Shown: one piece after another, positions 1 through 10,089 of the stretch
How positions within the stretch are numbered: position 1 is the stretch's first letter
Layout: each line of letters begins with the position of its first letter
Source: an uncultured Candidatus Saccharimonadales bacterium
GTDB lineage: Bacteria; Patescibacteriota; Saccharimonadia; UBA4664
Length of the DNA: 64,000 bases
NCBI GenBank assembly: GCA_964467655.1
Contig: CAYXSN010000008.1
Location: forward strand, 78 to 64,077
Direction: 5' to 3'
Made by a program: the position numbers and the translations under genes
Notes under the pieces: generated by a model
What the model saw: the letters and a program-made list of their open reading frames with translations, nothing else
Database searches by the model: none
Told to the model about the DNA's origin: nothing

Positions 1-24
1 ACCTATATCTGGTATAATCGCCTC

Positions 25-765
25 ATGTCTGGACACTCAAAATGGGCTTCCATTAAGCACCAAAAAGGAATCAAAGACGCCCGCCGCGGCGCCAGTTTTA
101 CGAAGTTTGCCAACCTCATATCGGTGGCCGCCCGGGGTGGCGCCGATCCGGGCATGAACTTCAAGCTCAGATTGGCCATGGACGCTGCCAAAAAGGCCGG
201 TGTCCCCAACGCCAACATCGACAGGGCTATCAGGCGCGGGTCTGGCCAGGACGACGGCGGCACCTTCGAAGAAATCACCTATGAGGGCTATGGTCCCGCC
301 GGCGTGGCAGTCATCGTTGAAACCGCCACCGATAACCGCAACCGCACCGGTCCCGAAGTCCGCTCAGCCTTCACTAAGCACGGTGGCTCCTTGGGCACCA
401 CCGGCTCAGTGGCCTTCCAGTTCACTCAACGCGGTGTTATCGTCATTGCCGCCGACGACCTTGAAGCCGCCACCATGGCCGCCATCGAGGCTGGCGCCGA
501 AGATGTAGAAGAGGGTGAGGGCGAGTTAGTCGTTTATACGGCCGCCGTCGAGCTTGATGCTGTCCGCAAGGGGTTGGTCGCTGCGGGCTACACCGTTGCC
601 AAAGCCGAGCTGTCATTTGAACCCAACACCACAGTGCCGGTGACCGATGAAGCCACCGCCGGCAAACTCATGAGGCTCATGGATTCTCTCGATGAACTCG
701 ATGATGTTACGGCCACCTACGCCAATTTCGACATTGCACCCGACCTGCTCGAAAAACTTGGCTAA
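25..765 (+). CDS. yebC: YebC/PmpR family regulator
   Basis: MSGHSKWASIKHQKG N-terminus, YEGYGPAGVA and TDNRNRT motifs. Confidence 0.97.
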   Translation: MSGHSKWASIKHQKGIKDARRGASFTKFANLISVAARGGADPGMNFKLRLAMDAAKKAGVPNANIDRAIRRGSGQDDGGTFEEITYEGYGPAGVAVIVETATDNRNRTGPEVRSAFTKHGGSLGTTGSVAFQFTQRGVIVIAADDLEAATMAAIEAGAEDVEEGEGELVVYTAAVELDAVRKGLVAAGYTVAKAELSFEPNTTVPVTDEATAGKLMRLMDSLDELDDVTATYANFDIAPDLLEKLG

Positions 766-2021
766 ACCTGGGGCTTGCGCTTGTTTTTGGTGAGCTGCTC
801 GTAAAACGCCGGTTGTGGCCGCCAGGCCGGCACAAATTTAGCCGGTCCCTTGGCTAAGGCGTGGCGTTTCACAATTCGCTCGTAGGTCGCGGCGTAACGC
901 TGGGCCATAAACTGGTATGAGAACTTCTCTTCGACGCTGCGTCGGCAGGCCGCCGGGTCGATCTCTTCAACGCGCTGCATGTAGACGGCAAATTCTTCAG
1001 GTGTATCTGCCAAAAAGCCGTTCACACCGTGCTCGATGATTTCGGGCATCGAACCTCGCCGCATAGCTACTACCGGCGTCCCGCAAACCAAAGCGTCGAT
1101 GACGGCTACGCCAAACGGCTCGTCCCAGGCAATGGGCATCAGGAAAGCTTTGGCCCGGCCGATCAGCCGGTCTTTGACCTCACCAGTAACACTTCCAACG
1201 TACTCGATTTTGCCTGGCTGCAAATAGGGGACGACTGCATCCCTGAAGTACAAGATGTCCTTCTTGAGATCTTGGTGTTGCGCGCCGCCGAGTCGAGCTT
1301 CAAGCTGCTCCGGCGTGCTGATGTTTCCGATAATGCCGCCGATCTTAAACGGTACCCCTAGCTGGGCGCACAACTTGGCCGCCAAGCCAGTATTTTTTTC
1401 AGCCGCAATCCGGCCGACTGTCACAAAGTAATCATCTTTGCCATCGGCCATCTGGTGGCCGGCGACGTCAATGCCGTGATGGATGATAGCCACAATCTTT
1501 TTGCGCAACGGCACCGGTGCCTGCTCGGCTTGGGCCCGCGAAATGGCATTAAAATACAGTCTGTCGCTATGGGACATGAGGGTATATGCCACATCGGTAT
1601 CAATATAGCCCTGGTCCCGGCGCTCGGTAGTTACAAAGGGACCATGTAGGGTATGGAGGACCGGCGGCAATTCGGGCCGGCTTACCAGGAGGGCGGGTCC
1701 CAAAATATTGTTATGGTCGTGAATAATGTCGTACCCGCCGTGGCGCTGGATTTGTTCCATGACGCTCAAAAGATGGGTGACTGGAATCGGAGTTGGGTCG
1801 TCGGTGCCGGCTGTCAGGTGGCCATATTGCTCCTCGGCATACGTCCAATAATGGCGTCTGGCCGGCGTCACGCTGCCTTCCACTCCAAAGAAATCAACCT
1901 TTACTCCCATTTCGTATAAACCCCGGCACAAATGGTCAACTACCGATTCAGTGCCGCCATAACCCTTGGCCGGCACCGTCAGCCACGGCGGTGCCACCAT
2001 GGCAATTGTCAGCTTCTTCAT
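762..2021 (-). CDS. Glycosyltransferase family 4 protein
   Basis: IAMVAPPW..VPAKGYGGTE and WDEPFG...ALVCGTPVV motifs; start moved to ATG 2021 behind a GAGGAGGGAG SD. Confidence 0.9.
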   Translation of the reverse strand: MKKLTIAMVAPPWLTVPAKGYGGTESVVDHLCRGLYEMGVKVDFFGVEGSVTPARRHYWTYAEEQYGHLTAGTDDPTPIPVTHLLSVMEQIQRHGGYDIIHDHNNILGPALLVSRPELPPVLHTLHGPFVTTERRDQGYIDTDVAYTLMSHSDRLYFNAISRAQAEQAPVPLRKKIVAIIHHGIDVAGHQMADGKDDYFVTVGRIAAEKNTGLAAKLCAQLGVPFKIGGIIGNISTPEQLEARLGGAQHQDLKKDILYFRDAVVPYLQPGKIEYVGSVTGEVKDRLIGRAKAFLMPIAWDEPFGVAVIDALVCGTPVVAMRRGSMPEIIEHGVNGFLADTPEEFAVYMQRVEEIDPAACRRSVEEKFSYQFMAQRYAATYERIVKRHALAKGPAKFVPAWRPQPAFYEQLTKNKRKPQV

Positions 2022-2173
2022 AGCTCCCTCCTCAAGATACTTGATCATTTGACCATATCTAGAGAACAAAAGCCTTGGTAAATTAGCTAAATTTACCGTA
2101 GCGCTACCCCGCCACAGTTGGATACTATGTAATTTACGTTAAAAACTGTTAACAAATACTCAAGGGAGGGTGA

Positions 2174-4036
2174 ATGCCAAAATCAGGGAATATCTGGCTT
2201 GAAGGTGCGTACTATATCGACACCAACGATTATGGCGAACTACGGATTGTGGGGCCGGGCAATCACTTGTTGCTTGGAGCCACCGGTCTGGCGCACCGCC
2301 ACCTCAAAGTCCTGGGAGTAAAGGCGAAAGCCAAAGAAGTTGAGATTAGCCTCAGACTGAGACTCACTGACGGATTTATCGGAGATCCAGCCATGGGCCA
2401 TATCCGCCGAGTCCGTCAATTGACCCAGTTTGACGGCCGGAAAGAGCCATCATTTGCCGATTTAGCCCCCAGAAAGCTGGCCGACCTCAGTCCTCAGCAA
2501 ATCACCGCCGTACCCAGTGACACGGGGACTGTAGTGACGTTCCTGCGGACCTACGGGCGCTCATACTACGGAACCGTGTGGCAGTGGCCGGCCGGCGTTC
2601 ACCTGAAACGCCGACAAGCAGACCACGGCTTCCAAGTCACGAGCACCGAGTCGGTCATGACGGTGATCGTGACGACGACGACCAACGTTCATCCGTCTCG
2701 TTTCCGACGGTCGTTGTGGCGGTCAAAGCAAACCGCCGACGCCACGCCGTTGCTCGCCCAAACTGCCGCTGAAATCAGCCACTTAGTCAGTAACGGCAAA
2801 ACCAGCGGCTTCGATTATGGTACGGTCTTCCCGAGAGACTGGATCGAGACGGCCGACCTACTGGAACCCGAACTCACACCCGTTGCCTACAGCTTCTTCT
2901 ACGCCCAAGCCTTGCGGCACGTGGCCGACGACGGCGCCGGCTGGCACGAAGATATCATCGGAGAATTCAGATATGAGAGAGAGCAGGAACTCGCCAACTT
3001 GCGTAATAATCTTGGCGAATTAGTCGGCCCAGATAGCCCCCACCGACAACGGTTTGAAACAGTCATGAGAGATCTCGATGAATTGTTCGTCACGCGCCAG
3101 ATGATCGACATCGAACCCCACTACATCTTGGGCTTGCGCCATATTGACCCGGTCGACTTTGACACCGACAGCCTGCTACGGCTGCGCCGGGTCGCCCGCT
3201 ATCTGGTCGCCCAGGCCGACAACCATAACCTCATTACATTTAAACAACTTGCACAGCCGTTCCGGCGGCAAAGAGGCGATGAATACTATGATGCCGGTAA
3301 TTGGCGCGATTCCACGCAGGCCTTTAGGCAGGTTGATCCGGTTATAGCGCCATTTGATGTGAACGCCGTCTTGTATCCTCAAGCGCTGCGCCAACTCCGC
3401 CGCCATCACCAGGTACTCGGCCTCGATGCGGCTCTGCTCGACCGGCTGGTCAGCAAATGGGACCGTACCAAGGCTTGGTACCGGTTTACGAATCCAGACG
3501 GTTTGTCGGCCTACGCCCTGGCGCTCTACGGTACCAACGGCGCGACCGGCCGCCATCATGGCCAGCTCCTAAAAGTCAACCATCTCGATGAATCATACGA
3601 TTTGTTTTACGGCACTCCCTCTGAAGCCGACGTTGAAAGCTTTGCCCGGCGGGTACTGTCGCCACACTACTTTCGCACAAATTCTGGCCCCACCTTGGTG
3701 GGGCACTACGACGGTTATGATCACAGCCAGTATCATGGCGATGTCATTTGGGCCAAGCAAGCCGCCTTTACAGCTGAAGGTTTCACGAGGCAGCTAGCGT
3801 ATGGTCGCGCCAACAGCTGGGCAGACAGTACCCTCGAACTGATAGCTGCCGCCCGCACTGACGTTGCCGGCACCATGCTGGCGGCGTTTGCAGCCTTGGG
3901 CCAGTTTCCCGAAGTCCACTACGACGACCAGGGCCTGGCCCGCCTGTATACCGACCAACCTGCTCCCGAGGGCGTGATGAACCGGGTGCAGTTATGGAGC
4001 GCCGCCGCCGCCCGCCGCTTGGCCGCGAGCCAATAA
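2174..4036 (+). CDS. Putative (alpha/alpha)6 glycoside hydrolase, glycogen-debranching-like
   Basis: YGTVFPRD, MIDIEP, NWRDS, PFDVNA, YHGDVIW and QLWS motifs resemble amylo-alpha-1,6-glucosidase-type enzymes; SD GGGAGG. Confidence 0.6.
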   Translation: MPKSGNIWLEGAYYIDTNDYGELRIVGPGNHLLLGATGLAHRHLKVLGVKAKAKEVEISLRLRLTDGFIGDPAMGHIRRVRQLTQFDGRKEPSFADLAPRKLADLSPQQITAVPSDTGTVVTFLRTYGRSYYGTVWQWPAGVHLKRRQADHGFQVTSTESVMTVIVTTTTNVHPSRFRRSLWRSKQTADATPLLAQTAAEISHLVSNGKTSGFDYGTVFPRDWIETADLLEPELTPVAYSFFYAQALRHVADDGAGWHEDIIGEFRYEREQELANLRNNLGELVGPDSPHRQRFETVMRDLDELFVTRQMIDIEPHYILGLRHIDPVDFDTDSLLRLRRVARYLVAQADNHNLITFKQLAQPFRRQRGDEYYDAGNWRDSTQAFRQVDPVIAPFDVNAVLYPQALRQLRRHHQVLGLDAALLDRLVSKWDRTKAWYRFTNPDGLSAYALALYGTNGATGRHHGQLLKVNHLDESYDLFYGTPSEADVESFARRVLSPHYFRTNSGPTLVGHYDGYDHSQYHGDVIWAKQAAFTAEGFTRQLAYGRANSWADSTLELIAAARTDVAGTMLAAFAALGQFPEVHYDDQGLARLYTDQPAPEGVMNRVQLWSAAAARRLAASQ

Positions 4037-4109
4037 TTACTATTGCCAACCAATCAGTGCTACTGCTACATTGGGAAGGCACCGTTCATTTTGATAAACC
4101 ATAGCTTCA

Positions 4110-4180
4110 CGCTGATAGGGCGAAACCTGGGCAGTTCAGGGCAGTACCGCTACCGTAAAGTCGGACCAAACTATCAAGCG
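4110..4180 (+). ncRNA. Putative short (class II / AdoCbl-variant-like) cobalamin riboswitch
   Basis: Closing stem CGCTGATAG/CTATCAAGCG around GGGCGAAA-CCTGGGCAGTTCAGG-GCAGTACCGCTACCGTAA-AGTCGGA, matching the B12 element core; lies upstream of a DUF4430 gene. Confidence 0.75.
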
Positions 4181-4247
4181 TTCACGCGTTTCGTGCCTTC
4201 GGAAATAAGGCCAGCCGCATTGCGTTTGAAAAAACGTCTCAGGCATA

Positions 4248-4275
4248 CTTTCCGAACAGGGAAGTTTTTGTTTTT
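4248..4275 (+). terminator. Leader terminator (riboswitch expression platform)
   Basis: CTTTCC-GAACA-GGGAAG hairpin plus T tract; TTCGGAAA (4198-4205) can pair with TTTCCGAA (4249-4256) as an antiterminator. Confidence 0.6.
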
Positions 4276-4289
4276 AAGGGGGTATTACT

Positions 4290-4859
4290 ATCAAACGCTT
4301 TGGACTTATTACTGGGCTCATCCTTATCACTGCCATTGTCGGCCTGGTGGTGGTGCCCCGGCCCGCCGGACTGGTAGCCCGTCCGCAAACCGTCCCTGTG
4401 GTCGGTTCTAAAACCGTAACGCCGGTTGTCGCCGGAGACGCGACGGTCGCGCCGACTCCCTTGGTCTCGGTACCGCCACAGGCTAGCGCTACGCCACCGA
4501 TGTCCGTCGCCGGTTCAGGCGGCGCCGCCCGGTCGCCCGCCGCTACCATCACAGCTGCCCCCACGCCCCAGCCGCTCGTTAACCTCCGGCTTAACAGTCC
4601 GGCCGGCCAATTTACCTACAGCATCAAAGCCACCACCGTCACCGACGCCTGCAATATTTTGACTGCCGCTCACGACCAAGGTCTGATCAAAACGGTTACC
4701 ATCGACGATTCTTATCGGGCGGTCCTAAAAAGCGCATATGTGCGCGAGATTAACGGCTATTACAACAATTGGACCTTCAAGGTTAACGGCGTTTCGCCCA
4801 AAGGTTGTTCCTTAGCATCAGTAAAAACAGGAGACACGGTCCTATGGGAATATCAATAA
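4290..4859 (+). CDS. Membrane-anchored DUF4430 (transcobalamin C-terminal-like) protein
   Basis: C-terminal AYVREING....WTFKVNG...GCS....KTGDTVLWEY; Pro/Thr linker; N-terminal TM segment in frame from ATC 4290 after SD AAGGGGG. Confidence 0.75.
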   Translation: MKRFGLITGLILITAIVGLVVVPRPAGLVARPQTVPVVGSKTVTPVVAGDATVAPTPLVSVPPQASATPPMSVAGSGGAARSPAATITAAPTPQPLVNLRLNSPAGQFTYSIKATTVTDACNILTAAHDQGLIKTVTIDDSYRAVLKSAYVREINGYYNNWTFKVNGVSPKGCSLASVKTGDTVLWEYQ

Positions 4860-6103
4860 ATCAATTTCGGCCACTTACTCGTGGTCTGACGGTGGCCATA
4901 CTCCTGGCCTTGCCGGCCAGATCACTAGCAGCGGTGCCCGCAGCCAATCAAACTGCCGTCACCAATGGCCTGGCCTACCTCACGAGCCAGCAACAGGCCG
5001 ACGGTCAGATCTCGGGCTTTAGCGGCATCAACCCATGGGCGCTCATGGCCTATACCGCCTCAGGCCAGGCCAATACCAACCTGCGCGCCTATCTGCTAGC
5101 GCATCCGCCGACAGCCGGCGCCACGGCCACAGATTGGGAAAAGGGCATCTTAGCCCTGGTAGCCGATGGTCAAAACCCGTACAACGCCGGTGGTACTAAT
5201 TATGTCACTGGGCTCAAAAGCCTGCACACCGCCGGCCAGTTAGGCAGTGCCTCGGCCGTCAATGATGATGCCTTTGGCGTGCTGGCCCTGTACGCCGCCA
5301 AGGTGCCGGCCCCCGACCCGGCCTTTGCTGATGCCCTCGACTTTTTGCTCGACCATCAGCTAGCCAGCGGTGGATTTAGCTACAGCGCTACGGCTGCATC
5401 ACCAGACGTGGATGATACGGCAGCCGCCCTGATGGCCATTCAGGCTGCCCAAACCGCCGGCAGTACCGACTCCAGGCTAGCCGCAGCCAAAATCTCGGCC
5501 CGCGCTTACATTCTCGGTACCCAAAACGCCGATGGTGGCTTCCCCTACGACCCGCTGACGCCACCAGAATGGGGCGGTAATGCCTCAAACCTGTCGACCA
5601 CAGCCTGGGTGATCAGCGCGCTCAACTCAATTGGTGAAGGCGGCTCAAGTGCCGGCACCAATGCTCAAAACTACCTCAAAGCTGGCCAAACCGCCAACGG
5701 CTCGTTCCCATACCAATCCGGTGCCGGTGATACCTTTGACACCTCATATGTGGTGTTGGCCTTGAGCGGCGCCGGCTGGCCGGTGGCCGTCTATGATGGC
5801 CAAGTGCCCACAACTGAGCCGGCCGCCGTTACTGCGACACCTACGCCCGTACCATCAGCCTCGCCTGCGCCCTCACCGTCTGCCACTCCTCAGGCCTCAA
5901 CCACTCCCAGTCCCAGTGCCTCGCCGACCCCAACGCCACAAACCGGTTCGGTGCTGGGCGCCAGTAGCGGCGGTGCCGGCCTGGGCAACCTTCCCGGTGT
6001 TGGTATGCTTGGTAGCGCCACCGGGCTCGTCATTGCCTCCTTACTGGCTATCGGCACCTACCTTGGTATCAGCCTCTGGCGCCGCCGTCAGGCCCGTATC
6101 TAA
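4844..6103 (+). CDS. Surface protein with prenyltransferase/squalene-oxidase-like alpha-barrel repeats and C-terminal anchor
   Basis: Signal peptide, repeated YL...Q..DGGF motifs, DVDDTAAALMA, PT linker, VLGA, LPGVG plus TM plus RRRQ tail. Confidence 0.8.
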   Translation: MGISINQFRPLTRGLTVAILLALPARSLAAVPAANQTAVTNGLAYLTSQQQADGQISGFSGINPWALMAYTASGQANTNLRAYLLAHPPTAGATATDWEKGILALVADGQNPYNAGGTNYVTGLKSLHTAGQLGSASAVNDDAFGVLALYAAKVPAPDPAFADALDFLLDHQLASGGFSYSATAASPDVDDTAAALMAIQAAQTAGSTDSRLAAAKISARAYILGTQNADGGFPYDPLTPPEWGGNASNLSTTAWVISALNSIGEGGSSAGTNAQNYLKAGQTANGSFPYQSGAGDTFDTSYVVLALSGAGWPVAVYDGQVPTTEPAAVTATPTPVPSASPAPSPSATPQASTTPSPSASPTPTPQTGSVLGASSGGAGLGNLPGVGMLGSATGLVIASLLAIGTYLGISLWRRRQARI

Positions 6104-6113
6104 ACAAAAACGC

Positions 6114-6153
6114 CCCCGGATACTCACAGTTGAAACACTGTGAGTATCCGGGG
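6114..6153. terminator. 17-bp perfect hairpin between convergent genes
   Basis: CCCCGGATACTCACAGT / ACTGTGAGTATCCGGGG. Confidence 0.75.
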
Positions 6154-6162
6154 AAGGGTCAG

Positions 6163-6552
6163 CTAAAAACGGTTCTCTGACCCGAAAGTCAGTTTTGTGC
6201 CGCTGGGACCGATGAACTCAATCTTGATGGTACCCGCCCTTGAGACATCAGTTTCCGAGATCCCGGGATTACCTGTAATCCGGTACAACGAACCCTTGGG
6301 AATTACACTTGAGAATGTTGCATGGTATCCCACAATACCGATATCGGTTCTATTAGCCCTAATCACGGTACTGGCTCCTGCAAAACATTCAAGTGATACA
6401 CTTGCCTGTTCATGACCAATTGAAATGGTCGACATACAAAACCGACGGGCAACCAGAATTCGCATTAAACTGGCCATGGTTTCTGTCAGGCCATCAAGTG
6501 GCTGGAAATCTCCGCCACACCAGTCCTTCAAAAGTGGACATGCCGACCTCAT
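6163..6552 (-). CDS. Hypothetical protein, paralog of 6559-6960, possibly frameshifted at the 5' end
   Basis: Shares YRITG...F...SG..LT..SE.R C-terminus with its neighbour; lower GC. Confidence 0.55.
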   Translation of the reverse strand: MRSACPLLKDWCGGDFQPLDGLTETMASLMRILVARRFCMSTISIGHEQASVSLECFAGASTVIRANRTDIGIVGYHATFSSVIPKGSLYRITGNPGISETDVSRAGTIKIEFIGPSGTKLTFGSENRF

Positions 6553-6558
6553 TTCACC

Positions 6559-6960
6559 CTAGGCTATTCGTTTTTCTGACCGAATTGTCAAAGTGTTACC
6601 AGACTTAAAAGTAAAGATGACTACGACGTCGCCTTTTGATCGGCGTAAAAATGCACGTTCATCGCTGTCAGGAATGCTGCTCATACCTGTGACTCGGTAA
6701 GTGCCGTCAGTATTGAGAATCCATATCGAGTGAGCATTAGTAGTCGATATTACAATGGCGCCAGGAGACAAGCTCACCTTAAGACGCCTCCGGTAGAGTG
6801 AACTAACATTAAACCCGTTCCCGTGAGAAAAGTTGACATTAAGTCTCAGTTGAGATCTTTCCCGCCGCGTTAAATCTGCCAATAAATTGAAAAGAGCTTC
6901 CTCGACCCCCATGGCTTCATGGTCTCGACCGTCAAGACATAAGCCTTCATAGCGGCCCAT
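6559..6960 (-). CDS. Hypothetical protein
   Basis: 133-aa ORF with strong SD (AAGGAGG); lower GC. Confidence 0.65.
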   Translation of the reverse strand: MGRYEGLCLDGRDHEAMGVEEALFNLLADLTRRERSQLRLNVNFSHGNGFNVSSLYRRRLKVSLSPGAIVISTTNAHSIWILNTDGTYRVTGMSSIPDSDERAFLRRSKGDVVVIFTFKSGNTLTIRSEKRIA

Positions 6961-7026
6961 CAGGCCTCCTTATTCTCTGAAAGAACAATCAGGATCGGCT
7001 AGTTATGGCATTAATTGCCAAAATGA

Positions 7027-7905
7027 TCAATCTATCAGCTTACTCCGCCATTGTAAGATCAGGTTACCAATCTCAGCCTCGCTGCCTTTGAGGTTATGCA
7101 GCGAGTCCTTAATCACAGCCACCTGTCCGTTGCGGCGCGCCAAAGCACCCTCAAACCAGTCGACTAGCTCGCCAACCGGACGGTCGATGTACTCGTCGGC
7201 ACCGGCGATAAGCACGAGCACTGGCACCCTCACGGCCTGCAGTGCCGAGGGCTGCCGGTCCTCAAAAGCATAAGGAAACGTTTCCTCTGGGCCATCGCCG
7301 CTGTACAAGCTGATCCAACGCTGAGCAGATACAACCTCAGGCCAATCGGCTTCATCAAGCAATGCCATCGGTTTGCCGTTTGTCACCAGTTGCCGAGCCG
7401 CTGCCGCCGCCCGCTGGAAAATCTCGGCCTCAACTTCCTGTTTCATAGCGGCGTAATCACTCATCGGACAAAGTAAAACTGCACCCGTTACCGCCGCATC
7501 GGCCTCAGGCTGGCCCAAGGCGTACACGGCTTTCTGGCAACCGGTTGAATGGCCGACCAGCACAATGTCGGTGGCGCCCCGCTCCTTGAGGAAGCCCACG
7601 GCTCCGGCGATGTCATCGGTGCAGTCAGTAAACACTTCCCGCGCCGCGCCGCCCGCCGCCCAGGTATAGCCCTTCTTGGAATCGGCTACTTGTTGAATGC
7701 CCGTCAGAGTATCGTGGCCACGGTTATTGAAGTACAGCACCTGAGTATCGCCGTCTGCCAGCGGAGCCAATATCTTATGTCCGCTAAACGCCGAACTCTC
7801 AAGACCATGAATAAATATATAGCCACGCTTGGCACCGGCCCGACCATATACCAGGCCGTCCAAAATATAGTTGTCACGTGGGGTAATGAGTTGAATGGCT
7901 TCCAT
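7027..7905 (-). CDS. Alpha/beta hydrolase, DUF1749-like
   Basis: IFIHGL, nucleophile motif GHSTGCQ, C-terminal D/H; start set at MEAIQL so it does not overlap ruvC. Confidence 0.8.
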   Translation of the reverse strand: MEAIQLITPRDNYILDGLVYGRAGAKRGYIFIHGLESSAFSGHKILAPLADGDTQVLYFNNRGHDTLTGIQQVADSKKGYTWAAGGAAREVFTDCTDDIAGAVGFLKERGATDIVLVGHSTGCQKAVYALGQPEADAAVTGAVLLCPMSDYAAMKQEVEAEIFQRAAAAARQLVTNGKPMALLDEADWPEVVSAQRWISLYSGDGPEETFPYAFEDRQPSALQAVRVPVLVLIAGADEYIDRPVGELVDWFEGALARRNGQVAVIKDSLHNLKGSEAEIGNLILQWRSKLID

Positions 7906-7954
7906 ACAGTGCATCATACAGCAACCAAACGGTCTGATACACTTAATGTCAGGT

Positions 7955-8455
7955 ATGAAGATCATTGGCATTGACCCTGGCACTGCTACCACCGGCTTTG
8001 GTGTAATTGAGGCCGCCTCCGGCCGCATGAGGTTTATTGATGCCGGGGTTATTACCACCCCACCCACCGACGCCATGCCCGACCGCTTGACCACGATCTA
8101 TCGTGAGCTCACTGGGCTGGTTGCCGAACACCGCCCCCAGGCCGCCGCGGTCGAACAATTGTTCTTTGCTACTAACGTTACCACCGCCATATCAGTCGGC
8201 CAGGCTCGGGGAGTCATATTGCTGGTGCTGGCCCAGGCTGGTCTGATTGCCGCCGAATACACACCTATGCAGGTCAAGCAGGCGGTGTCGGGCTACGGCG
8301 GCGCCAAAAAGCCCCAGGTTCAGGAGATGGTCAAAAATCTATTAAAACTACCCGCAATTCCCCGACCAGACGATGCGGCCGACGCATTAGCGATTGCTAT
8401 TACCCATGCTCATACAGCTTCGTATAATATTCCGCCAGCATCCGCTCAGTCGTAA
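7955..8455 (+). CDS. ruvC: Holliday junction resolvase RuvC
   Basis: [28 protein letters not shown]. Confidence 0.97.
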   Translation: MKIIGIDPGTATTGFGVIEAASGRMRFIDAGVITTPPTDAMPDRLTTIYRELTGLVAEHRPQAAAVEQLFFATNVTTAISVGQARGVILLVLAQAGLIAAEYTPMQVKQAVSGYGGAKKPQVQEMVKNLLKLPAIPRPDDAADALAIAITHAHTASYNIPPASAQS

Positions 8456-10052
8456 AGCCTTCTAGAACAAGTTTCATATTGGCCCTCATCCGCTCAATCC
8501 AATAGTGAGGAATCCCGTACGTCCGCCAATAGAATAGTGGCGCCACCTCTTCTGCTAAAATGTCATACAATGTCCGACCCGCCTCCTCGCCGCCAACGTC
8601 AGGTAAAAGCCAACCGATGTCCTGCAGCTTCACCTCATCCACCCAGCCGTCCGAAGTTGATAACTGCAAAGCACCATTGAGGCTGGCCTTCATCCCCGAA
8701 GTCCCACAGGCTTCGTACCCTCTGATCGGTGTATTCAGCCAGACGTCAGCACCACGTACCAGAAACTTGGCACTAAAGGGATTATAGCCTGGTAGGTAGG
8801 CCAAGCGGGCCGATAACTCCGGCAGCTTGCTGGCCGCAATTACTCGTTGCATGAGCTCCATGCCACCCATATCCGCCGGGTTGGCCTGGCCGGCTACAAT
8901 GATCTGCACTGGCTTATCGGCGGCATTCAGAATCTTGGAGAGTCGGGCAGTATCACTTACCAGGAGCTCAGGTCGCTTATAGGCAGCCATTCGGCGAGCC
9001 CAGACGACGGTTAACCAATCATTGTTGAGCTGCTTGCCCGTTTGCTGCCGCACATGCTCGATGAGCTGGCGCCGATTCTCGTTGTGGACGGCCCAAAATT
9101 TGGCGTCATCGTACTCGAGGGGGTTGCCGTCCCAGGCCTTGGTTGTCCAGCGCCATCTGAAAACGCCGTTGGTAATGGGAATAAGTACGCTTTCGGGATG
9201 TACCCTTTTCTCTTCGCCGACATGCAAGATAGACACCCCACTTTGGCGCCCGCACAAACTGACCAGTAGCTTGGTGCCCGAATAATCAGCTGGCTGCCGG
9301 CGGCCGGCCAAACCCTTGAGCTCATCCAGGTGTACGCCCGCCTCCTGTAAGGTCGGTCCTAGTAATAGCTCCACACTCTGCCAGTCCAAAAACAGTCCGG
9401 CGCCTGGCAGTATGGTGTGCTTGGTGCCGGCAAGCATTGGCTTGACGGCTGCCACGGCTGCGTCCAGGCCTGTGCCCGGGTGCTGCTGCAGGTATCCAAG
9501 AGCTACCGCTAGCCCAGCCAAAGCCGTATGGCCTTCATTGAGGTGCCAGGCTTTCGGCTCAAAACCCAGTGCTCGCACCATGGCCACGCCACCAAAGCCC
9601 AGGCAGATCTCCTGCGCCATGGCCAGCTGATGCTCACTGGCGTACAGATGGTCGCAAATCATTTGGTCTTGAGGGTCATTTTCTGGGAGCCGGCTATCGA
9701 GTAGTACCAGGCTGGTTTGACCCCATTGCTTCACCCAAGCCTGCAAGAGCACCGTCCTGTCGGCCACTTGCACTGGTACCGTCACACGTTGGCCATCGTG
9801 CACAGCCACCTCAAAACCATGAGCGCTCAGGCGTTCGTGAATCGGCCTCTGGTCAAGGTCATCGCCGCTAAAAGCTTGGTGGTACACCAGACCCATTGCC
9901 ATAAAAGGCCGGTTTTCGGCCGCTGCCTGTAGGACAATATCGGCCGCCAACACACCCAAACCACCCGCATAAATCGGCAGGTCATCGGCAATGGCGTATT
10001 CGGCCGAAAAATAAGCCACAGGAATTGATTGCTGAGTCGACATTCTGTTCAA
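8400..10052 (-). CDS. glgP: Alpha-glucan (glycogen) phosphorylase
   Basis: YFSAEY...[23 protein letters not shown] motif [10 protein letters not shown]. Confidence 0.92.
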   Translation of the reverse strand: MNRMSTQQSIPVAYFSAEYAIADDLPIYAGGLGVLAADIVLQAAAENRPFMAMGLVYHQAFSGDDLDQRPIHERLSAHGFEVAVHDGQRVTVPVQVADRTVLLQAWVKQWGQTSLVLLDSRLPENDPQDQMICDHLYASEHQLAMAQEICLGFGGVAMVRALGFEPKAWHLNEGHTALAGLAVALGYLQQHPGTGLDAAVAAVKPMLAGTKHTILPGAGLFLDWQSVELLLGPTLQEAGVHLDELKGLAGRRQPADYSGTKLLVSLCGRQSGVSILHVGEEKRVHPESVLIPITNGVFRWRWTTKAWDGNPLEYDDAKFWAVHNENRRQLIEHVRQQTGKQLNNDWLTVVWARRMAAYKRPELLVSDTARLSKILNAADKPVQIIVAGQANPADMGGMELMQRVIAASKLPELSARLAYLPGYNPFSAKFLVRGADVWLNTPIRGYEACGTSGMKASLNGALQLSTSDGWVDEVKLQDIGWLLPDVGGEEAGRTLYDILAEEVAPLFYWRTYGIPHYWIERMRANMKLVLEGFTTERMLAEYYTKLYEHG

Positions 10053-10089
10053 ACATTAGCAGATTCAACGCCGGGACGCATCAGCTGCG

